Part shown: one piece after another, positions 18,232-24,357 of the stretch
Layout of the letters: every line of letters begins with the position of its first letter
Position numbering within the stretch: the first letter of the stretch is position 1
Assembly (NCBI GenBank): GCA_038230375.1
Contig: JBBRNJ010000110.1
Location: 1 to 24,357 of the forward strand
DNA length: 24,357 bases
Reading direction: 5' to 3'
From: Polyangiales bacterium
GTDB lineage: Bacteria > Myxococcota_A > Polyangia > Polyangiales > Polyangiaceae
The notes under the pieces: model-generated
Told to the model about the DNA's origin: nothing
Seen by the model: the letters and a program-made list of their open reading frames with translations, nothing else
Databases searched by the model: none
Program-made: the position numbers and the translations under genes

Positions 18232-19443
18232 ATGGCCGAATTCGCGTACGAAGCACGGGCCCGCACCGGCGAGCTAAAAAAAGGCACCATCGAGGCTGAC
18301 GACGAAGACGGCGTCATGAACAAGCTGCGCGCAATGCAGCTGTCGCCCACGAAGGTCAAAAAGAAGATCTCGTTCAAGGGCTTCAAGCTCGGGTCGGGCG
18401 TCAGCATCAAGGACCTCGTCACGTTCACGCGTCTGTTCGCGACGATGATCGATGCAGGTCTTCCCATTGTTCAGTGTCTCGACATCTTGCAGAGCCAGAC
18501 GGAGAACAGGAACTTCTCCGAGGTCCTGAAGGACGTGAAGGCCCACGTGGAGCAAGGCGCCACGTTCTCGGACGCCCTCCGTCGCCACCCGAAAGTGTTC
18601 GACGCCCTCTACTGCAACCTTGTCCAGGCCGGCGAGACCGGCGGTATCCTCGACACGATCCTGTCGCGTCTCGCGGTCTATGCCGAGAAGAACGTGAAGC
18701 TGCAGCGCCAGGTCCGCGGCGCTCTCGTGTATCCGTCCGTCGTTCTCGTCATCTTCGCGGCCGTTCTTGGCATCCTTCTCGGATGGGTCATCCCGTCGTT
18801 CAAGAACATCTTCAAGGACCTTGGCGCCGAGGACGAGCTCCCCAAGCTCACGCAGCTCGTGATCGCGGCGTCGGAGTTCTTCATCGGGCATATCCTGATG
18901 GTGTTCATCTTCCTCGTCGTCGCTGGCGTCGCTATCGGCTGGTCGTACAAGCGCCCGAACTTCAAGCGCATCTATCACAAGGCGTTCCTGCACCTTCCCG
19001 TCATCGGAAACGTGCTCCGCAAGATCGCCGTCGCGCGCTTCACGCGTACGCTCGGCACGCTCCTCTCGTCTGGTGTTCCCATCCTCGATGCGCTCGACAT
19101 CGTCGCGAAGACGGCCGGCAACCTCGTCGTCGAGGAAGGCATCCAGTACACACGCCAGAGGATCAGCGAAGGTAAGAACATGGCGGGTCCCCTCCTGGAG
19201 ACCAACGTGTTCCCGCCGATGGTCGTGCAGATGGTCGGTGTCGGTGAGCAGACCGGCGCCCTGGACGCCATGCTCAACAAGATCGCCGATTTCTACGAGG
19301 ACGAAGTCGACGTCGCCGTCGGCGCCCTCACAAGCCTCATCGAGCCCGTCATGATGGTCGGTCTCGGCGGAACGGTCGGCGTCGTGCTCATCGCGATGTA
19401 CCTCCCGATCTTCAGCCTGGCGGGTAAAATCAAGGGAAATTGA
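18232..19443 (+). CDS. pilC: Type IV pilus platform protein PilC (T2SS F family)
   Basis: Motifs FTRLFATMIDAGLP, AGETGGILD, ARFTRTLGTLLSSGVPIL, GEQTGALD, SLIEP and AMYLPIF. Confidence 0.95.
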   Translation: MAEFAYEARARTGELKKGTIEADDEDGVMNKLRAMQLSPTKVKKKISFKGFKLGSGVSIKDLVTFTRLFATMIDAGLPIVQCLDILQSQTENRNFSEVLKDVKAHVEQGATFSDALRRHPKVFDALYCNLVQAGETGGILDTILSRLAVYAEKNVKLQRQVRGALVYPSVVLVIFAAVLGILLGWVIPSFKNIFKDLGAEDELPKLTQLVIAASEFFIGHILMVFIFLVVAGVAIGWSYKRPNFKRIYHKAFLHLPVIGNVLRKIAVARFTRTLGTLLSSGVPILDALDIVAKTAGNLVVEEGIQYTRQRISEGKNMAGPLLETNVFPPMVVQMVGVGEQTGALDAMLNKIADFYEDEVDVAVGALTSLIEPVMMVGLGGTVGVVLIAMYLPIFSLAGKIKGN

Positions 19444-20768
19444 CGGCGAAGACGGGCAAGGCCGGTAGCGCATCGGAGCAAAAGGCCGCGCTCGGCGCGC
19501 GCCTCTCCTGGATCACAGGGCTCCGGCTACTGTTCCTCTTGCTCCTCTTCGGAGCAATGGCCTTCTTCTATCTGCGCGACGGCCTCTTCGGTTACGCGGA
19601 GAGCCAGCGCATCGTCTTCATCACGCTGGGCGGGGGCTTCGGGCTCGCCGCTCTCTACGCGGCCTTGCTTCGCCGTGGTGAGAAGCTCCAGGCGCTCGCG
19701 TACTCGCAGCTCGTGCTCGACCAGCTCACGTGGACGGCGATCGTCTACGTGACCGGCGGTGCCTCCAGCGGTGCCACGTCCCTCTACGCGCTGTCATGCG
19801 TCCTCGGCGCCGTGCTCGTCGGCTTCCGGGGCGCGCTGTTCGCGGCCGCGGCCGGCATTGCCGCATACGGGACGCTCTGCATCTGTTTCGTCACCAAGGT
19901 GCTCGTGCCCCCACACGACCAGCTGGGCATCCACTACCTGGTGACGCCGCGTGAGGCGTTCTTCCCGTTCCTCCTGAACACGATCGGTATCGTCGTCGTT
20001 GCTGCGCTCTCCGGCTTCCTGGCCGATCGTCTGCGGAGCACGCGCGGCGCGCTCGACGTCGCGAACCTGCGCGTGAAGGAGGCGGAGCAGCTCGCGCTCC
20101 TGGGTCGCCTCGCGACCGGCCTCGCGCACGAGATCAGGAACCCGCTCGGCGCGATCTCGGGATCGATCGAGATGCTGAAGGAGGCGCCCCAGCTCTCGGA
20201 GGAAGACCGCCACCTGTGTGAGATCATCCACCGCGAGTCCACGCGCCTGAACCAGCTGGTCACGGACATGATGGAGCTGGCGAAGCCGCGCGAGCCGCAG
20301 CCCGAGGTCGTGGACGTGGCGCAGATCTGCCGCGATGTGGTGGCGCTCGCGGCGCGCTCCGAGCGGAGCGGTACGGGCGATGTACGTGTAGAATACAACG
20401 GTCCGGACGGACCACAGCAGGCGTACTGCGACGGCGCGCAGGTTCGCCAGGTGGTGTGGAACCTGGTGCGAAACGCCGTCCAGGCGAGCGCGGCCGGCAT
20501 GACGGTACAGGTGGGCGTGGAAGCCAGCGGCGACGACGGCGTGATGCTCTCCATCGCGGACGAGGGCCCCGGGATCGCCGAGGACGCGCGTGCCCAGATA
20601 TTCGACGCCTTCTACACGACCCGCACCGGGGGAGCCGGCATCGGCCTCGCGGTAGTGAAGCGAATCATGGATGACCATGCGGCGTTCGGTGGTCGCATCG
20701 AGGTGCGCAGCCCCTCCGGCGGTGGTGCCCGCTTCGACATCAGCCTCCCGACGAGCCGCCCTGGCTGA
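19440..20768 (+). CDS. pilS: PilS-like membrane sensor histidine kinase
   Basis: About six N-terminal TM segments with LVLDQLTWTAIVYVTGG, then LAHEIRNPL, NLVRNA, DEGPGI and GIGL. The TTG start overlaps the pilC stop. Confidence 0.8.
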   Translation: MTAKTGKAGSASEQKAALGARLSWITGLRLLFLLLLFGAMAFFYLRDGLFGYAESQRIVFITLGGGFGLAALYAALLRRGEKLQALAYSQLVLDQLTWTAIVYVTGGASSGATSLYALSCVLGAVLVGFRGALFAAAAGIAAYGTLCICFVTKVLVPPHDQLGIHYLVTPREAFFPFLLNTIGIVVVAALSGFLADRLRSTRGALDVANLRVKEAEQLALLGRLATGLAHEIRNPLGAISGSIEMLKEAPQLSEEDRHLCEIIHRESTRLNQLVTDMMELAKPREPQPEVVDVAQICRDVVALAARSERSGTGDVRVEYNGPDGPQQAYCDGAQVRQVVWNLVRNAVQASAAGMTVQVGVEASGDDGVMLSIADEGPGIAEDARAQIFDAFYTTRTGGAGIGLAVVKRIMDDHAAFGGRIEVRSPSGGGARFDISLPTSRPG

Positions 20769-20785
20769 CGGAGAACGGACACCCG

Positions 20786-20915
20786 GTGTCGCAAAATGCA
20801 TTGTGACCGGGCGGATACGTGTCGCAAGTTCCGCCTTCCGGCCGTGAACGGGCGGCTCCACAGTCCTTGAAATGACGTGCAATTGCGGTTTATTGAGCCT
20901 GGCATGAATCAGGCA
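20786..20915 (+). promoter_or_regulatory. Putative sigma-54 promoter with upstream direct repeats
   Basis: TGGCATG-N4-AGGCA at 20900-20915 has correct GG-N10-GC spacing but an imperfect -12 element. GTGTCGCAA occurs at 20786 and 20819. Confidence 0.4.
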
Positions 20916-20970
20916 TTTTGACTTCTCGTCTGACGGTGCACATAAAGGGCGGGAAGAGGCAAAGGACGCG

Positions 20971-21636
20971 ATGAAGAAGGGTATGTGGAGAGTTCTGGTT
21001 CTTGCGGCGCTCACCGGTACGGCGGTGCTCGTTTCGTCTGCAACTCCAGCGGAGGCCAACGCGCAAGCGGCAGCGAGCCCCGCGCAGGACTTCGTCGAGA
21101 AGGAGCACAACAAGCTCGATGCACTGTTGAAGCAGCCCGCCTCCGTGAGCCGCGACACGCAGGTCAACACCACGCTCGACGGCATGGTCGACTACGACGA
21201 GCTCACGCGCCGCGCGTTCGGCAAGCCGTGCCCGCCTGGCATCTCCGAGTGCAAGAACTGGTGGGACACGTACAGCACTGACGATCAGAAAGAGCTCACC
21301 ACGCTCCTGAAGCGCCTCGTCGAGAAGAACTACCGCAAGAACCTCCAGAAGACCCTGAACTACGACGTCACGTACCGTGGCTCACGTTCGGTGGCTGGAA
21401 ACGAGACCCGCGTCATCACGGAGGCGAAGGCGAAAGACAAGCCGCGCGAGCCCCCGGTCCGCGTCGACTACGTCGTGCTGCCGAACAACGGCAAGCAGTT
21501 CGTCGTGGACATCTACACGGAGAACTCGAGCCTCACGAAGAACTACTACCAGGACTTCAACAAGATGATGCTGAACCCCTCTCAGGGTCTGGCCCACGTC
21601 AAAAAGCGCCTGATCGAAAAGGGCACCGCGCCGTAG
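20971..21636 (+). CDS. MlaC/Ttg2D-family periplasmic lipid-binding protein
   Basis: Signal peptide ending ANA, VDYDELTRRAFG, W...QKELTTLLKRLVEKNY, VRVDY and VVDIYTENSSLTKNYYQDF. Confidence 0.85.
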   Translation: MKKGMWRVLVLAALTGTAVLVSSATPAEANAQAAASPAQDFVEKEHNKLDALLKQPASVSRDTQVNTTLDGMVDYDELTRRAFGKPCPPGISECKNWWDTYSTDDQKELTTLLKRLVEKNYRKNLQKTLNYDVTYRGSRSVAGNETRVITEAKAKDKPREPPVRVDYVVLPNNGKQFVVDIYTENSSLTKNYYQDFNKMMLNPSQGLAHVKKRLIEKGTAP

Positions 21637-21637
21637 A

Positions 21638-21757
21638 GTCGATGTCGATGTCGAGGTCGAGGTCGATGTCGAGGTCGAGGTCGAGGTCGAGGTCGAGGTC
21701 GAAGTCGAAGTCGAAGTCGAAGTCGATGTCGAAGTCGAAGTCGAAGTCGATGTCGGC
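21638..21757. repeat. Intergenic hexamer array (GTCGA[A/G/T])19 plus a degenerate GTCGGC
   Basis: Nineteen units counted at 21638-21751. The array fills the gap between two convergent stop codons. Confidence 0.95.
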
Positions 21758-22873
21758 TCAGTACTGGCAGACGTAGGTGTGTTGGCTTTGTGGGACGTCG
21801 GCGTGGCCCAGGCCTATGTCTATGGGGTCGGTTGGACGTAGCGAGATGAAGACTCGTGCGCCTGGAGAGGGCGCGCCGGCGTCAATGCCGAAGAGCGGTG
21901 GCCGTGCGCTCTCTGATTTTCCATCGTCCCATGTGTACGTGCCGGCTGCGTTCGCGGCCAGGCCGACCCAGAAGCTCGCGCCCTCGTCGCCGGTGTACCT
22001 GGCGATCTCGCGCGCTAGCTGCTCGCGCTCCTCGCGCGTGTCGAAGAGGACCAGCGTGCCGGCGAGCGCCTCGCACGAGGACTTCGCGTCGTCGGCGGTT
22101 GTGTCGGACGGCACGAAGAGATAGCGCTTCGTGCTCTGCGTCTGCGCGACGGTGATGCAGATGCCGCCGTTGCAGACCGTGGCGCGCGTTCCCGGGGGCT
22201 CGCGCTCGCAGAGCGTGTCGAGCGGCTGTGCGCCGTTGCAGGGCGAGTGATGCCACTCGGTCAGGGAGGCCGCATAGACGCAGTCGGGCGTGACGCTGCC
22301 GTCGAGCGGCGGGAAGTAGGCAGAGGCGTCGCTACCAGTGCGTGCATAGCAGCCCGGACATGCCGCGCTGTTCTTGGGGTAGATCCATCCGGGCTCGCCG
22401 CTCGCATTGTCGTCGCTCTGGTAGCCAAGCTGGCCGCCAAAGTACGCAAGGCCGATCCAGAAGCCAGACGAGAAGCCGGCGTCAGCCAGGAATGCGACCT
22501 CATCGTCGCTCGCAAACGTGACGACGTGGCCGCCGTACGGGAGCTTGCACGCGTTCCTTCCGTCGCCCTCCGAGGTGTTCTTCTGCAAACGGAAGTAGCA
22601 GTGCTTCGTCAGTGGGTCGATCACGCCGCCCTTGCACTCCACGCGACACGAGGGGGAGCAGCCATTGTCCTTGCTGGTCAGGCCCGGGTCGCACTCCTCG
22701 GCGCTGCCGTCGATCGCGGGGTCTATGAAGCCGTCACCGCACGCGCCAGGCGCCTTCGCGTCGGGCGTCTGCCCGGCGTCGAGCGGGGCGCGATCGGGAT
22801 TGGGGAGGCATGCGACCTGTGCGATGCCGATCGCCGCTGCGGCAAGGCCAACGACGCCGACAAGCCCGACCAC
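21758..22873 (-). CDS. Lipoprotein with a myxobacterial Cys-rich repeat and two C-type lectin-like domains
   Basis: QVA-C lipobox and CGDGFID...EECDPG...GCSPSC. First CTLD: HCYF...C...GGHVVTFASDDE...FWIGL...C..W....C...LCE. Second: SCEALAGTLV...E...FWVGL...W.DG...YVCQ. Start uncertain (22873 GTG or 22930 TTG). Confidence 0.85.
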   Translation of the reverse strand: MVGLVGVVGLAAAAIGIAQVACLPNPDRAPLDAGQTPDAKAPGACGDGFIDPAIDGSAEECDPGLTSKDNGCSPSCRVECKGGVIDPLTKHCYFRLQKNTSEGDGRNACKLPYGGHVVTFASDDEVAFLADAGFSSGFWIGLAYFGGQLGYQSDDNASGEPGWIYPKNSAACPGCYARTGSDASAYFPPLDGSVTPDCVYAASLTEWHHSPCNGAQPLDTLCEREPPGTRATVCNGGICITVAQTQSTKRYLFVPSDTTADDAKSSCEALAGTLVLFDTREEREQLAREIARYTGDEGASFWVGLAANAAGTYTWDDGKSESARPPLFGIDAGAPSPGARVFISLRPTDPIDIGLGHADVPQSQHTYVCQY

Positions 22874-22952
22874 CCGGAGAATGTAGACGCTGGCGTAAGC
22901 CGCGACAGGGACGCGCGCTCCTTTGCCCAAAGCCCTGCTACGATAGACGAGG

Positions 22953-24357
22953 ATGGTGCCCGCGTCGCAGCTTTCGGCGTCCGGCGTTCGCCCGAAGAGT
23001 CGGGTGCACGCGCGGTACCGGCCGCTGTTCGTGATCGGGCGCGGCGGCATGGGCACCGTCGAGGTCGCCGTCGAGAAGAAGGACAACGGCTTCAAGCGCA
23101 TCGTCGCGTTGAAGCGCCTGCTGCCCGAGACGAACGACGCACGCCATACGGAGATGTTCCTTCGCGAGGCGCGTCTGGCGGCCCTCTTGTCGCACCCGAA
23201 CGTCGTGCACGCGTTCGACTTTGGCGAGGAGGACGGCGAGCTGTTCCTGGCGATGGAGTACGTGGAGGGCGCGACCCTTGGCCGCGTGCTCTCCGAGCTC
23301 AAACAGCGTGGCGAGCACATGCCGATCGGTCTCGTCGCGCACATACTCGCGATGGTGTGCGAGGGGCTGTCGGCCGTTCACGAGCTGAAGGACGTGGACG
23401 GGACCGACCTTCACGTGATCCATCGCGATGTGTCGCCACAGAACGTGATGCTGTCGTTCGCGGGGCACGTGAAGCTCCTGGATTTTGGGGTCGCGAAGAT
23501 CGAGCACGATCAGGGCCTGTCGCGCACGGGTGAGGTCAAGGGCAAGGTCAGCTACATGTCGCCCGAGCAAGCGCTCGGGGAAACGCTGGACGCGCGGAGC
23601 GATCTCTTCGCGGTGGGCGCCATGCTGTACGAGGCGATCACGGGTCAGCGTATGTGGGGCGACGGCACCGAGATGGAGGTGCTGCGCAAGCTCGCGCTCG
23701 AGAGCCCGCCAAAGCTTCTTGCACGGGCTTCTGATGCGAACGCCGAGCTGCCGGCGGCGGTCGTGTCGCTCTATGAGCGCCTTGTCGGGAGGAAGGCGGA
23801 CGATCGACCGAAGTCCGCGCGCGAGGTCGCGGACGCGTTCGCCGAGATCGCGAGGACCGAAGGCGCACCCCAGCGCGCGCTCGCCACGCGCATGACGGAG
23901 CTCTTCGGCGACGACGTGGATTCGCGTCGCAAGGAGCTGGCCGCGAGGCTGGACGAGACTGTCCCCGAGGAGGACGCAAAGGCGCTGCGAGAGAGCCTTG
24001 CGCCAGCGGCGCCGCCGCCGAGCCTGGCCCCGACGAAGGCCGAAGCGGAGGAAGAAAGGGAAGCAGCGCCGGAGACGAAAAAGCCCGAAGCGAGCGACGA
24101 CTCCGTGGCCGCAGCGGCAGTGGGGAGCGGCGACGAGCCAAGAGCCAAGGCGAGCACCACGCGAGCGCTGTGGGCGGTAGCAGCGGTGGTGGTGCTGGGA
24201 GGAGTGGGGTGGAAAGTGATGGGGGCGGGGGTGACGACGACGACAGCGACGATGACCACGATGCCGACGACGACTTCGACAACGACTTCGACCTCGACTT
24301 TGACAACGACCCCGACCCCGACCTCGACCTCGACCCCGACTTTGACAACGACCCCGA
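22953..24357 (+). CDS. Membrane Hanks-type Ser/Thr protein kinase, 3' end runs off the window
   Basis: Manual translation shows IGRGGMG, VALK, FLREA, IHRDVSPQN, LLDFG, YMSPEQ and SDLFAVG, a TM segment ALWAVAAVVVLGGVGW, then a Thr-rich linker. Confidence 0.95.
   Translation, partial: MVPASQLSASGVRPKSRVHARYRPLFVIGRGGMGTVEVAVEKKDNGFKRIVALKRLLPETNDARHTEMFLREARLAALLSHPNVVHAFDFGEEDGELFLAMEYVEGATLGRVLSELKQRGEHMPIGLVAHILAMVCEGLSAVHELKDVDGTDLHVIHRDVSPQNVMLSFAGHVKLLDFGVAKIEHDQGLSRTGEVKGKVSYMSPEQALGETLDARSDLFAVGAMLYEAITGQRMWGDGTEMEVLRKLALESPPKLLARASDANAELPAAVVSLYERLVGRKADDRPKSAREVADAFAEIARTEGAPQRALATRMTELFGDDVDSRRKELAARLDETVPEEDAKALRESLAPAAPPPSLAPTKAEAEEEREAAPETKKPEASDDSVAAAAVGSGDEPRAKASTTRALWAVAAVVVLGGVGWKVMGAGVTTTTATMTTMPTTTSTTTSTSTLTTTPTPTSTSTPTLTTTP
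24233..24357 (+). repeat. Degenerate CGAC-core repeat encoding a Thr/Ser/Pro linker in the kinase
   Basis: ...acttcgacaacgacttcgacctcgactttgacaacgaccccgaccccgacctcg... translates as TTTSTTTSTSTLTTTPTPTSTSTP. Confidence 0.85.

Noticed and set aside
21638..21757. Repeat arrays as CRISPR, or as a readthrough extension of flanking genes
   Set aside because: Six-bp units with no spacers and no cas genes. In-frame readthrough gives only DF/DL or RG/RS dipeptides, with no supporting signal.
22931..23344. N-terminal extension of the lectin ORF (528 aa)
   Set aside because: Antisense to the kinase catalytic domain; the signal peptide lies downstream.

Overview
High-GC window that looks like myxobacterial (Polyangiaceae-like) chromosome; this taxonomy is inferred from gene content: a eukaryotic-type Ser/Thr kinase, Cys-rich lipoproteins and pilC/pilS. 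About 23 intact or window-truncated CDS and one gene fragment. In order: GTP-dependent PEP carboxykinase (partial), a tightly coupled minus-strand cluster (SurA core-only chaperone, stand-alone POTRA lipoprotein, 68-aa lipoprotein, membrane protein), a DUF4261-like fragment, several lipoproteins, a class A-like serine hydrolase, aldose epimerase, GNAT and HEAT protein. Then a minus-strand run (serine hydrolase, ABC1/UbiB kinase, OmpR-type regulator, sensor kinase, DUF4153-like membrane protein), pilC-pilS without the usual pil neighbours, an MlaC-like protein, and a C-type lectin lipoprotein divergent from a membrane Ser/Thr kinase. No RNA genes, CRISPR arrays or mobile elements were seen. The most notable items are the mini SurA/POTRA operon lacking a beta-barrel and a CGAC-core hexamer repeat family found both between genes and inside coding linkers. 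All family calls come from motif recognition by eye, not database searches.
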